A stretch of DNA of 43,034 nt from Eubacteriales bacterium (GTDB lineage Bacteria; Bacillota; Clostridia; Oscillospirales; CAG-272), in the NCBI GenBank assembly GCA_045614425.1, contig JAZLCX010000033.1:1-43034 (forward strand), written 5' to 3'. Positions within the stretch are counted from its first letter, which is position 1, and every line of letters starts with the position of its first letter. Shown here piece after piece: positions 18,935-28,742 of the stretch. The notes beneath the pieces were generated by a model. It made no database searches, had not been told where the DNA came from, and saw only the letters and a list, made by a program, of their open reading frames with translations. A program made the translations under genes and the position numbers.

Positions 18935-19912
18935 ATGAAAATAGCTATATACGGCTACGGAAATCTCGGCCGCGGAGTTGAATGTGCGACCAAATATCAC
19001 ACCGACGCCGAGCTTGTTGCAATATTCACAAGACGTCCGCCCGAGAGCGTTAAAACCGTCCTCGGCACTCCGGTATACTCGGCTGAGAGAATACTTGAAT
19101 TTAAAGATAAAATCGACGTTCTTATCCTTTGCGGCGGAAGCGCTACCGACCTTCCCGAGATGACGCCGGCACTTGCTGGGCATTTTAACGTGGTCGACAG
19201 CTTCGATACACACGCAAAAATTCCTGAGCATTTTTCTGCCGTTGACAAGGCTGCGGCAGAGTCGGGACATACGGCACTCATATCTGCGGGTTGGGATCCC
19301 GGTCTCTTTTCTGTTGCACGGGTGTACGCTTCGAGCGTTTTGCCAAGCGGCTCTGACTATACCTTCTGGGGAAGGGGAATAAGCCAGGGGCACTCCGATG
19401 CAATAAGAAGAATCGACGGAGTGCTTGATGCACGTCAGTATACCGTTCCCGTATCCGAGGCTCTTTCTTCTGTGCGTTCGGGTGAGTGCCCGACGCTCTG
19501 TGCAAGACAGAAGCACCTTCGCGAATGCTACGTTGTGGCAAAGGACGGAGCTGACACGGAAAAAATCGCAGAAACGATAAAAAATATGCCCAACTACTTT
19601 GCCGATTACGACACCACCGTTACATTTGTAACTCTTGACGAGCTTCGCGAAAAGCACGGCGGTATGCCTCACGGCGGCTCGGTTATAAGAAACGGCAGAA
19701 CAGGCTTCGACGGCGAAAACACTCACACCGTTGAGTTCAGTCTCAGGCTTGATTCAAACCCCGAGTTTACCGCGAGCGTTCTTGTCGCTTACGCAAGGGC
19801 TGTGGCAAGACTCGCAAAAAGAGGTGTGTCAGGCGCTAAAACCGTCTTCGATATCGCTCCTGCCGACCTTTCGGAATACTCGGCTGACGAGCTTCGGGCA
19901 AAAATGCTTTAA
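18935..19912 (+). CDS. ddh: meso-diaminopimelate D-dehydrogenase
   Basis: GYGNLG, GGSATDL, DSFDTH, GWDPG, TFWG.G.SQGHSDA, SNPEFT. Confidence 0.95.
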   Translation: MKIAIYGYGNLGRGVECATKYHTDAELVAIFTRRPPESVKTVLGTPVYSAERILEFKDKIDVLILCGGSATDLPEMTPALAGHFNVVDSFDTHAKIPEHFSAVDKAAAESGHTALISAGWDPGLFSVARVYASSVLPSGSDYTFWGRGISQGHSDAIRRIDGVLDARQYTVPVSEALSSVRSGECPTLCARQKHLRECYVVAKDGADTEKIAETIKNMPNYFADYDTTVTFVTLDELREKHGGMPHGGSVIRNGRTGFDGENTHTVEFSLRLDSNPEFTASVLVAYARAVARLAKRGVSGAKTVFDIAPADLSEYSADELRAKML

Positions 19913-19921
19913 GGTATTGAT

Positions 19922-21238
19922 ATGATGCTGACTAAAGAAAAATTTATATGTGAAAATATATCGCGCAATGAAAGCGGCGAGCTTTGTCTTGCGGGCGTTT
20001 CAGCTGCGGCGATGGCTAAAAAATACGGCACGCCCCTCTATCTCTATGACGAGGAGCGCATACGTGAGCGTTGCAGAACCTATCTTAACGCCGTATCCGC
20101 GGCACTCGGTGCGAGCGCCAAGGTTCTCTATGCCTCAAAGGCGGCTTCCTTCCGACGTATATATGAAATAATGAAGGAAGAGGGAATGGGCATAGACGTC
20201 GTTTCCTCTGGTGAGATATATACGGCAAAATCGGCGGGCTTTCCCCTTGAGCGCGCATATTTTCATTCGAACAATAAAACCGATGCCGATATAGATTATG
20301 CAATTACCACCGGCGTCGGCTGCTTCGTTGTAGATAACGCCGAGGAGCTTTACGCCATTGACCGTATAGCAAGGTCTCACGGCAAGGTCGAAAATGTTCT
20401 CCTCAGAATTACTCCCGGCATAGATCCCCATACCTACGCGGCTGTCGCAACCGGCAAGGTGGATTCGAAGTTTGGCTCTGCCATTGAAACGGGTCAGGCA
20501 GAGGAAATAACCCGAACAGCTCTTTCGCTTTCTCATATATCGCTTCGCGGATTTCACTGTCACGTAGGCTCGCAGGTCTTTGATTCCGACGTATATCTCC
20601 GTACCGCCGACGTAATGCTCACGTTTGTCGCGGATATCTATAAGAAGCTCGGTTTTCTTGCCGAGGAGCTCGATATCGGCGGCGGATTCGGTGTTCGATA
20701 TATCGACGAGCACCCCGAAATAGATATTGCAAAAAATATTTCAGAGGTCGGTGCGTTTATTTTAAGCCGCACAGCAGAGCTTGGTATAGCTCTTCCCAAA
20801 ATCGGATTTGAGCCGGGCAGAAGCATCGTTGCAGACGCAGGTATGACGGTTTACACAGTTGGAACAGTAAAAAGAATTCCCGGATACAAGACCTACGTAT
20901 CGGTTGACGGCGGTATGACCGACAATCCGAGGTTTGCGCTTTACGGCTCACCTTACACGCTGCTTACCGTTAAAGAGCCCGAGGGCGAAGAGGAGCTCGC
21001 GTCGGTTGTCGGACGTTGCTGCGAGAGCGGAGACATAATTCAGGAGAACGTTTCTGTTCCCGTTAATATTTCGCGCGGCGATTTCATAGCTTGCCTTACC
21101 ACAGGGGCGTACAACTACTCAATGGCATCAAACTATAACCGAATTCCAAGACCTCCCGTTGTAATGCTGAGAGGCGGCGAGGATTATGTTGCCGTAAGAA
21201 GAGAAATGCCCGAGGATTTGGCAGCGCTCGACGTATAA
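19922..21238 (+). CDS. lysA: Diaminopimelate decarboxylase
   Basis: YGTPLY, YASKA, SKFG, HCHVGSQ, DIGGG, EPGRS, CESGD, GAYNYSMASNYN. Confidence 0.96.
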   Translation: MMLTKEKFICENISRNESGELCLAGVSAAAMAKKYGTPLYLYDEERIRERCRTYLNAVSAALGASAKVLYASKAASFRRIYEIMKEEGMGIDVVSSGEIYTAKSAGFPLERAYFHSNNKTDADIDYAITTGVGCFVVDNAEELYAIDRIARSHGKVENVLLRITPGIDPHTYAAVATGKVDSKFGSAIETGQAEEITRTALSLSHISLRGFHCHVGSQVFDSDVYLRTADVMLTFVADIYKKLGFLAEELDIGGGFGVRYIDEHPEIDIAKNISEVGAFILSRTAELGIALPKIGFEPGRSIVADAGMTVYTVGTVKRIPGYKTYVSVDGGMTDNPRFALYGSPYTLLTVKEPEGEEELASVVGRCCESGDIIQENVSVPVNISRGDFIACLTTGAYNYSMASNYNRIPRPPVVMLRGGEDYVAVRREMPEDLAALDV

Positions 21239-21359
21239 AAGCTCTTTAATTTAATAAAATGAGGAAAATTGAGGCTTGCCGATGATTTTCCTCTTTTTTT
21301 GTTCTGAATTTTTATCTCTTGAAATAAATTCTTATATATAAGGAAGAAAAAGCGAAAAC

Positions 21360-21430
21360 TAGAATAATTCTAAAAAAACTGAAATAATTCTAAAAAAACT
21401 ATTGACAAACCGGAAAAAGTGTTGTATAAT
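21360..21430 (+). promoter_or_regulatory. perR-rbr promoter with Per/Fur-box-like site
   Basis: TAGAAT-A-ATTCTA palindrome (21360-21372); 18-nt direct repeat AATAATTCTAAAAAAACT (21363-21380, 21383-21400); TTGACA 21402-21407, 17 nt, TATAAT 21425-21430. Confidence 0.65.
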
Positions 21431-21471
21431 GAAATAGCAAGAGAGAAAACTTGCAGGAAACGGAGATAAAG

Positions 21472-21834
21472 ATGACAAAACAAAGAGCTGTGATACTTGA
21501 CGTGTTGCGCTCGGATAAGTGTCATCACACAGCCGAGGAGATTTTCGAGCTTTCGAAGAAAATACTTCCTTCTATATCTCGCGCAACTGTGTATAACAAC
21601 CTGCATTCACTTGAACAGGAGCAGATAATCCGCAAAATAAGCGGTGACGGCGGCCCCGATAGGTATGACAATTCATTTATTCCACACGGCCATTTGATTT
21701 GCACCAAATGCGGCAGGCTATCGGATATTGACTTGCCGGGTATTGAGGCTTTGTTATGCGAGTGTATCGGTTCTATGGCTGATTCGTATGAATTAAAGGT
21801 AAGAGGACGCTGTGCCGAGTGTAAGGGCTTGTGA
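21472..21834 (+). CDS. perR: Fur family regulator, PerR-like
   Basis: TKQR, H.TAEE, SRATVYNNL, HGHLICTKCG, C-terminal CAEC; directly upstream of rubrerythrin. Confidence 0.8.
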   Translation: MTKQRAVILDVLRSDKCHHTAEEIFELSKKILPSISRATVYNNLHSLEQEQIIRKISGDGGPDRYDNSFIPHGHLICTKCGRLSDIDLPGIEALLCECIGSMADSYELKVRGRCAECKGL

Positions 21835-21905
21835 ATAAAATGGCACTCCGAGACAAATAATTTGGACAAAACAAAATTTAATATATAACGAGGAGAAAAT
21901 CTAAA

Positions 21906-22439
21906 ATGGAACTTAAGGGAACTAAAACAGAACAGAATCTTATGACTGCGTTTGCAGGCGAATCTCAGGCAAGAAACAAGTACACCTACTTTGCATCGGT
22001 TGCAAAGAAGGAGGGCTACGAGCAGATAGCTGCTATTTTCCAGCAGACTGCAGATAACGAAAAGGAGCACGCAAAGCTCTGGTTCAAGGCTCTCGGCGGA
22101 CTTGGCGATACCGCAGCAAACCTTCTTGCAGCAGCAGAGGGCGAAAACTACGAGTGGACCGATATGTACGATACCTTTGCAAAGGAAGCAGAGGAGGAGG
22201 GCTTTAAGGCTCTTGCATTCCAGTTCAGAGCTGTTGCAGCAGTTGAGAAGGCTCACGAGGAAAGATACAGAAAGCTTCTTTCCAACGTAGAGATGCAGCA
22301 GGTATTTGAGAAGGGTGAAATGACTATGTGGGAGTGCCGCAACTGCGGACATCTCGTAATGGGACTTAAGGCACCCGCTGTATGCCCCGTATGCGCTCAT
22401 CCTCAGAGCTACTTTGAAGTAAGAAAAGAGAACTACTAA
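21906..22439 (+). CDS. rbr: Rubrerythrin
   Basis: [22 protein letters not shown] di-iron motifs and C-terminal CRNCG...CPVC. Confidence 0.95.
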   Translation: MELKGTKTEQNLMTAFAGESQARNKYTYFASVAKKEGYEQIAAIFQQTADNEKEHAKLWFKALGGLGDTAANLLAAAEGENYEWTDMYDTFAKEAEEEGFKALAFQFRAVAAVEKAHEERYRKLLSNVEMQQVFEKGEMTMWECRNCGHLVMGLKAPAVCPVCAHPQSYFEVRKENY

Positions 22440-22449
22440 TTAAAACTAT

Positions 22450-22483
22450 AGAACTGCCCGAAAAATCGGGCAGTTCTTTTTTT
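22450..22483 (+). terminator. Intrinsic terminator after rbr
   Basis: AGAACTGCCCGA/TCGGGCAGTTCT + T run. Confidence 0.85.
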
Positions 22484-22541
22484 CTTCTTGAAAAAAGGAG
22501 CGCTTCGTGATATACTGTATAAAAAGAGAAGGGAGAACTCT

Positions 22542-23450
22542 ATGCTAAGCTTCTGTGAGATAACGAAAGAAAATAAAGATGCTCTTTTTGAGTCCTTTTC
22601 AAAGGAGCTTTGCGACGGTGGCAAGGAAGTTCTCAATGAAATTTTATCCGGTCTTGACCTCGACTCATTTGACACGGGCTACGCCGTTACCTGCTTTTCG
22701 GGGTGCGCTTTAATACGGGTTTTTGATATGGGCAGATATCTTTTTATCTTCCCGTACGAAATAGAAGAGCCGTGTGACGTGGGCGCTGCGATTCGTGCTA
22801 TATCCGAATACGCTATGCGCGAGGAAATCCCGCTTACCTTCTGTGACGTTCCGAGCGAGTGTATCTCTGCCTTTTCGGGATTTCGCCATATAGAGCTTGA
22901 CGCCGAGGACGAGACGGCTGAAAGCTACCGTGTAAGGATAAAGAGCGAATGCGAGCTTGCAGATGAAATTCCCTCTGTAAGTCATGGGCGTGTAGAGTTA
23001 AACGCACTTTCCGGTGATGATATCAGGCTCTATGCCGAGCTTTGCAAGGATAAAATGGTTAATCGGTACTGGGGATACGATTATACGTCTGACGTGGAAA
23101 ATCCTGCCGATTCTTACTTTTACGAGAACGCGGTGCGTGAGTTTTCCTTCGGCACGTCGGTCACAATGGCGGTGCGTTGTCAGGGTGAATTTATCGGTGA
23201 AGCGGTAATATACGCGTTTGACAGGCAGGGGGGTGCAGAGTTTTCAATTCGCTTACTCCCTAAGTTTCAAGGTAAGGGCTTGGGTACAGATGCTCTTCTT
23301 GCAGCCGTTACGGCAGCAAAAAAACTTGGACTTATAAAGCTTACCGCTGCAGTAATGAATGAAAACCTTCCGTCAGTTGCAATGTTCAAAAAAATCGCAG
23401 ACGACTTTTCGGTAAGCGACGGAAAAACCGAGTTTTTCATCTCCGTATGA
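22542..23450 (+). CDS. GNAT (RimJ/RimL-like) acetyltransferase with extra N-terminal domain
   Basis: FQGKGLG acetyl-CoA motif and ENLPS in the C-terminal half; start MLSF with GGGAGA RBS. Confidence 0.8.
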   Translation: MLSFCEITKENKDALFESFSKELCDGGKEVLNEILSGLDLDSFDTGYAVTCFSGCALIRVFDMGRYLFIFPYEIEEPCDVGAAIRAISEYAMREEIPLTFCDVPSECISAFSGFRHIELDAEDETAESYRVRIKSECELADEIPSVSHGRVELNALSGDDIRLYAELCKDKMVNRYWGYDYTSDVENPADSYFYENAVREFSFGTSVTMAVRCQGEFIGEAVIYAFDRQGGAEFSIRLLPKFQGKGLGTDALLAAVTAAKKLGLIKLTAAVMNENLPSVAMFKKIADDFSVSDGKTEFFISV

Positions 23451-23569
23451 GCAAATATATAATATAAAAAATAAATTGGAAAAAGGTATTGCATTTTCGA
23501 AAAATATATGCTAAAATATTTCTATAATTTACGATGCGCTATTGTGCGCTGAATTTTGGAGGAAAACTA

Positions 23570-23872
23570 ATGTTTGAATATATACTTCTTTCATTGCTTC
23601 TCGTTGCCGCTGTATTCCTTGTAGTATCGGTTACGATTCAGAAAACCAGCGACGAGGGACTTTCGGGAACTATTGCAGGAGGCTCGGATACCTACTACGG
23701 AAGAGACAAGTCCCGTCAGTCAGGCCGTCTTCTTAACAAGTGGACGCTTATTGTTGCGGCGGTGTTTGTGCTCATCGTAATAGTAGTTTACGTAATTCAG
23801 CCCGACTACACCAGCAATATCGGCGACCCTGAAGGCTGGAAGGACCTCATTGATTACCCCATTTTCGATTAA
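23570..23872 (+). CDS. secG: Preprotein translocase subunit SecG
   Basis: Two TM helices flanking Q...GLSGTIAGG loop; GGAGG RBS; upstream of rnr. Confidence 0.9.
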   Translation: MFEYILLSLLLVAAVFLVVSVTIQKTSDEGLSGTIAGGSDTYYGRDKSRQSGRLLNKWTLIVAAVFVLIVIVVYVIQPDYTSNIGDPEGWKDLIDYPIFD

Positions 23873-23891
23873 TAAGTAAAAGAATAGTAGC

Positions 23892-23940
23892 GTAGGGGCG
23901 TACCTACGTGCGCCAACGGCACACGTAGAGACGCCCTTTA
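23892..23940. repeat. Inverted pair of GTAG-type REP-like palindromes (also terminator-like)
   Basis: GTAGGGGCGTACCTACGTGCGCC followed by near reverse complement GGCACACGTAGAGACGCCCTTTA. Confidence 0.5.
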
Positions 23941-24022
23941 TTTATAAGAAAAGGATAACTGCTAAAACTAGTTTAACGGGGAGAATTCTCCCCTAAGATT
24001 TTTATTGAGAATGGTACGTACA

Positions 24023-26152
24023 ATGAAAAAGAAAATAACGAAAAAGACCCTTTCGACTGTTTCTCAAAGAAATAGGCATAAGAGAAAATCGAAGGCAAGA
24101 GCCGAAGCGGAGCTAATGCGCGCCGTTATGGAAACGGGTGTCGGTGTTGATGCCCTTAAAATCACCTCGAAAAGTGACAGAGGTCGGCGCGGTCAGGTAA
24201 GCGCCAAAATGCGCTCTGACGAGACGGTTTCGCGGGGCATATTTTCTTCATCAAAGAGCGGCTTTGGATTTGTCGCTTTGGAGGACGGTAGCTGTGACCG
24301 TGATATTTTCATCCCCGAGGACAAGACTGCGGGAGCTATTGACGGAGACCTTGTAGAAATAATCTATCACAGATATACTACTCGCTTCGGTGAGGAAAAA
24401 ACCGAGGGACGTGTTAAGAAAATAGTCGAATACGGCAGAAAAACCGTAATCGGAACGGTTGAGCTCGAGCGCTTTGCATTGCGTTCAAGACGCTACGCAC
24501 GGGAAAGGCTTATTCTCGTGCCCGACGACAGTAAAATCAATTTGCGTCCCATAATAGCCGACGCCGCCGGGGCTGTACCCGGTGATAAGGTAGAGGTGCT
24601 CTTAGACCGAAGAAGCGGCTATCCCCTTGAATCGAATGTGGTTCGTAATTTCGGCGATGCATATTCGAAGTCTGCAAATTACGAGGCAATTCTTGCAGAC
24701 TGTGAAATTCCCGTAGATTTCACCCGCGAGGAGCTTTTAGAGGCTGATTTTTTTGCCTCTCTGCCGCTTTCCGACGAGGGCCGCGTAAGGCGTGACGGTG
24801 AAATTATACTGACTATCGACGGTGAGGGGGCAAAGGACCTTGATGACGCTGTTTCGCTGAAAAAGATAAAGGGCGGCTGGCAGCTCGGAGTTCATATAGC
24901 CGACGTTTCACACTACGTGAAGGAGCGCACGCATCTTGATCGCGCGGTAATGGCTCGCGGCACGAGTGTATATTTTACGGATAAGGTAGTGCCTATGCTT
25001 CCGCCGTCACTTTCAAACGGCGCTTGCTCTCTGAATGCCGGTGAGGATAAATACACTCTCAGCGCAATTATAACGCTCACAAAGGACGGAGCTATCCGCG
25101 ACTGTAAAATCGAGCCTTCAATCATAAGAAGTCGCGTCCGTGGCGTATATAGCGAGGTTAACGCGATTTTTGAAGGCCGCGCAACCGACGAAATAACGAA
25201 AAAGTATAAAGAAGTAACCCCGACTCTTCTTAAAATGCGTGAGCTGTATTTCATTTTAAGAGAGAAGAGTAAGGCACGGGGCGCTCTCGAGCTTGACAGC
25301 TCCGAGGCGGAGATAATTTTGGACTCTGATGGATACCCGTGTGATATAATTAAGCGTGAGCGCGGGGATGCCGAAAGGCTTATTGAGCAGTTTATGCTGT
25401 GCGCCAACGAGGCGGTTGCAACTCTCTTGTATGAGAGGAAAATACCCTGTGTTTACCGTATTCACGAGCGGCCGGGTGAGGAGAAGCTCTCGGAGCTTCT
25501 GACCTTTATGAACAACCTCGGCTTTGATACGTCGAAGGTGTCGAGGGAATCGGCTGAGCCCGGCGACCTTGAGCGCCTTCTTGATGAAGCGAGGGAGCGG
25601 GGAATAGCCGCCCCCGTGTCGTACGTAATGCTTCGTTCGATGGCAAAGGCGCGTTATTCTGAGGTTAAAGAAAGACATTTCGGACTTGCAATAGACTCCT
25701 ATTGCCACTTTACCTCGCCTATAAGACGTCTTTCCGACCTTGCAACCCACAGAATTATCCACAAGGTGCTTCTTGAAGAACGCCGCCCCGAGCTTTATTC
25801 GGGATATGCGAAGCGCGCCGCGGCAGCCGCAACCGAAGCGGAGATACGGGCGCTTACGGCAGAGCGGCGTATAGAAAATCTTTATAAAGTTCTCTATATG
25901 GAAAAGTTCTTGGGATGCGAATTTGACGGCAGAATCAGCTCGATTACTTCCTTCGGATTTTTTGTAGAGCTTGAAAATACCTGCGAGGGGCTCGTTCCTA
26001 TCAGCGAGCTTTTCGGAATGTTCTTCTTTGACGAAAAAAATATAACGCTTCGCTCTCGCGACAGAATATATAGGCTTGGCGAAGAGGTGCGTGTAAGGCT
26101 TGAAGAAGCTGATATTATAAAAGGAAAGCTGCGGTTTTCGGTATTAAACTGA
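24023..26152 (+). CDS. rnr: Ribonuclease R
   Basis: GFGFV CSD, TIDGEGAKDLDDA, HIADVSHYV, RGTSVY, LIEQFML.AN, HFTSPIRR, C-terminal S1. Confidence 0.95.
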   Translation: MKKKITKKTLSTVSQRNRHKRKSKARAEAELMRAVMETGVGVDALKITSKSDRGRRGQVSAKMRSDETVSRGIFSSSKSGFGFVALEDGSCDRDIFIPEDKTAGAIDGDLVEIIYHRYTTRFGEEKTEGRVKKIVEYGRKTVIGTVELERFALRSRRYARERLILVPDDSKINLRPIIADAAGAVPGDKVEVLLDRRSGYPLESNVVRNFGDAYSKSANYEAILADCEIPVDFTREELLEADFFASLPLSDEGRVRRDGEIILTIDGEGAKDLDDAVSLKKIKGGWQLGVHIADVSHYVKERTHLDRAVMARGTSVYFTDKVVPMLPPSLSNGACSLNAGEDKYTLSAIITLTKDGAIRDCKIEPSIIRSRVRGVYSEVNAIFEGRATDEITKKYKEVTPTLLKMRELYFILREKSKARGALELDSSEAEIILDSDGYPCDIIKRERGDAERLIEQFMLCANEAVATLLYERKIPCVYRIHERPGEEKLSELLTFMNNLGFDTSKVSRESAEPGDLERLLDEARERGIAAPVSYVMLRSMAKARYSEVKERHFGLAIDSYCHFTSPIRRLSDLATHRIIHKVLLEERRPELYSGYAKRAAAAATEAEIRALTAERRIENLYKVLYMEKFLGCEFDGRISSITSFGFFVELENTCEGLVPISELFGMFFFDEKNITLRSRDRIYRLGEEVRVRLEEADIIKGKLRFSVLN

Positions 26153-26173
26153 TTTTTTCGGGAGGTTGGGAAA

Positions 26174-26980
26174 TTGAAAAGAGCGCTTAGCTACGTTACC
26201 TTTCTTGATATGATTTTCATATCGCTGATTGCGATTTCGGGAATTTTCACCGGCATCTTGAAAGAGCTCTTCTACTACCTTGCCTTTATTCTTCCGGTCG
26301 CCATGGCGTACCCTTTGAAAAAGGATAACAGCGCACATTTTACCCCCCCGAGCTTCAGCCTGTCACGTAGGAGCTTCGGCTTTACGCTTCTTTCCTTGCC
26401 TCTTATTTTGGCTTTGATTTTCGGTGCGTCATTCCTTACCTCTCTCATACTTTCACTGTTTTCGGAAAACCGAGTCACCGACGTGTCGGGAAATATAATA
26501 CTCGTAATTTTCAAAAACGCCTTTCTTGTGGCAGTACTTGAGGAGGCGCTCTTCAGATACCTTCCGATAGCGTTTTTGAAGCCATACACAAAAAAGGGCG
26601 CGATAATATTTTCGGCAGCATTCTTTGCGCTCTCCCACTGCAACCTTTATCAGATACCGTATGCGTTTTTAGCAGGCGTTATCTTCGCCGCAATCGATAT
26701 AGCCGCGGACAGTATATGGCCGTCGGTAATAATTCATTTTTTCAACAACGCGGCATCGGTAATATGGCTGAGGCTGTCCGGTGTGGGGTCATTTGCCGTT
26801 ATTTATATTTCCGTGCTTATCGCTTCGGCTGTCGTATCGGCGGCATTGCTTTTCATTCTTTTGCGCGGACGAAAAGAAAGAATTTACGAGCTTTTTCGCG
26901 ACGGGAAAAGACTCGAGATTTCATACGGACTAGTTCTGTTTTTCGCGATGACTCTTCTTATCGCGACACTTTCGCTTTGA
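26174..26980 (+). CDS. CPBP/CAAX (Abi) intramembrane metalloprotease
   Basis: EEALFR, FALSH and HFFNN motifs in a polytopic membrane protein. Confidence 0.9.
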   Translation: MKRALSYVTFLDMIFISLIAISGIFTGILKELFYYLAFILPVAMAYPLKKDNSAHFTPPSFSLSRRSFGFTLLSLPLILALIFGASFLTSLILSLFSENRVTDVSGNIILVIFKNAFLVAVLEEALFRYLPIAFLKPYTKKGAIIFSAAFFALSHCNLYQIPYAFLAGVIFAAIDIAADSIWPSVIIHFFNNAASVIWLRLSGVGSFAVIYISVLIASAVVSAALLFILLRGRKERIYELFRDGKRLEISYGLVLFFAMTLLIATLSL

Positions 26981-26990
26981 CGGAGGATTT

Positions 26991-27440
26991 ATGAATACTG
27001 ACGAATTCTATATGCGCGAGGCGATAAGACTTGCCCGCGAGGCTGAAAAAATGGACGAAGTACCCGTGGGCGCTGTAATAGTCCGAGACGGAGAAATTAT
27101 AGCCGAGGCTCACAATCTTCGCGAGACTTCAAAATGCGCGACTCATCACGCCGAGCTTCTGGCGATAGAGGCAGCCTGCCGCAAATTAGGAGGTTGGCGT
27201 CTTATCGGAGCAACCCTTTACGTTACTATGGAGCCCTGTGCCATGTGCGCCGGCGCGATTGTAAATGCAAGAATACCGCGAGTGGTTTACGGAACGCGCG
27301 ACATACGCTTCGGAGCGTTCGGCTCGGCGCTTGACCTTTCAAAAATTCCGTTGAATCATACCCCCGAGGTAATAGGCGGAGTGCTTGAGGATGAAACCCG
27401 TACACTTCTCACCGAGTATTTCAAAAAGAAACGCGTGTGA
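26991..27440 (+). CDS. tadA: tRNA adenosine(34) deaminase
   Basis: DEVPVGAV, HAE, TLYVTMEPCAMC. Confidence 0.93.
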   Translation: MNTDEFYMREAIRLAREAEKMDEVPVGAVIVRDGEIIAEAHNLRETSKCATHHAELLAIEAACRKLGGWRLIGATLYVTMEPCAMCAGAIVNARIPRVVYGTRDIRFGAFGSALDLSKIPLNHTPEVIGGVLEDETRTLLTEYFKKKRV

Positions 27441-27493
27441 TTAAATGCGCGCGATAATTGACTTTTAAGAATAAGTGTGGTAAAATACGTAAT

Positions 27494-28003
27494 ATGAAAA
27501 AAGAGTATATTGAATGCGGAAAGGTGTGCTCGGCACACGGAGTACGCGGTGCTATGAAAATTGACCCGTGGTGCGACACGCCCCGTGTCCTTGCCTCGCA
27601 AAAGCGCGTTTTCGTTGCCGATAAAGGCGGCACGTATAAGGAGATAAAGGTGCTCTCGGCATCGGTTGGCGGAAAATTCGTGCTTATGACGCTTGACGGC
27701 ATAGATACGAGGGAGGCTGCACAAGCGGAAAAAAACCGAATACTTTATCTTCACAGAAGCGATATTCCCTTAAAGCCGGGCGCTGTCTTGATTGCCGATA
27801 TGATAGGGCTGCCCGTGATAGACGTTGACACGGGTGACACCCTCGGTGAGCTCGTCGAGGTAAATGACGGAGTACAGGGAAAGCTCTATACGATCAAAAC
27901 CGAAAAGGGAGAGGTAATTTTCCCCGGAATACCCGAATTTGTAAAGGAGATAGATACCGAGCGCGGCGTTTTCATACGCACCATTCCCGGTTTCTTTACC
28001 TGA
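27494..28003 (+). CDS. rimM: Ribosome maturation factor RimM
   Basis: GKVCSAHGVRG N-terminus, PRC barrel; directly before trmD. Confidence 0.92.
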   Translation: MKKEYIECGKVCSAHGVRGAMKIDPWCDTPRVLASQKRVFVADKGGTYKEIKVLSASVGGKFVLMTLDGIDTREAAQAEKNRILYLHRSDIPLKPGAVLIADMIGLPVIDVDTGDTLGELVEVNDGVQGKLYTIKTEKGEVIFPGIPEFVKEIDTERGVFIRTIPGFFT

Positions 28004-28004
28004 G

Positions 28005-28742
28005 ATGACTTTTGATATAATGACGCTCTTTCCCGAAATGGTTATGGGTGTTCTCAACGAGAGCATAATCGGAAGAGCCAAAAATGCGGGAATAATAAGC
28101 GTGAATGCGCATAACATTCGCGACTTTTCCATTGATAAGCACAGAAAAACCGACGATACACCCTTTGGCGGCGGCATGGGAATGGTAATGACCTGCCAGC
28201 CTATTTACGACTGCTTTTTACACATTAAGGAAAGCATACCCGAGGATGCGAAAACACGAGTCGTTTATATGTCACCGAAAGGAAGGATGTTTTCACACTC
28301 GATTGCAAAGGAGCTCTCGGAATACGATAACGTAATTTTGCTTTGCGGTCATTACGAGGGAGTCGACCAGCGCATAATCGACGAGATAGTTGACGAGGAA
28401 ATTTCCATAGGCGACTACGTCGTAACAGGCGGTGAAATTCCTGCCTGCATAGTGGTTGATGCGGTATCCCGACTTAAAGAGGGAGTTCTCGCGTCGAGCG
28501 AATGCTACGAGAACGAATCGGTTGCGTCGGGTATACTTGAATATCCGCAATATACAAAGCCGCGAGTTTTTATGGACAGAGAAGTGCCCGAGATTCTTCT
28601 TTCGGGAGACCATAAAAAAATCGAAAGATGGCGCCTTGAGGAGGCTGTAAAGGTGACACGGGAGCGCCGTCCCGATCTTCTTTCACTTCACCCGGAGTTT
28701 GAAGAAGCGTTAAAGCCCAAGCCTTCCAAAAAGAGAAAGTGA
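28005..28742 (+). CDS. trmD: tRNA (guanine37-N1)-methyltransferase
   Basis: TLFPE, DDTPFGGG.GMVM, CGHYEGVDQR, SIGDYVVTGGE, EYPQYT. Confidence 0.97.
   Translation: MTFDIMTLFPEMVMGVLNESIIGRAKNAGIISVNAHNIRDFSIDKHRKTDDTPFGGGMGMVMTCQPIYDCFLHIKESIPEDAKTRVVYMSPKGRMFSHSIAKELSEYDNVILLCGHYEGVDQRIIDEIVDEEISIGDYVVTGGEIPACIVVDAVSRLKEGVLASSECYENESVASGILEYPQYTKPRVFMDREVPEILLSGDHKKIERWRLEEAVKVTRERRPDLLSLHPEFEEALKPKPSKKRK

Noticed and set aside
18236-19726. 496-aa antisense ORF and similar long shadow ORFs (15897-16892, 21525-22400, 35941-36720)
   Set aside because: Antisense to well-conserved genes; explained by codon bias.
26174-26980. Abortive-infection defence gene
   Set aside because: The Abi label of CPBP proteases is a family name; motifs and context indicate an ordinary intramembrane protease.
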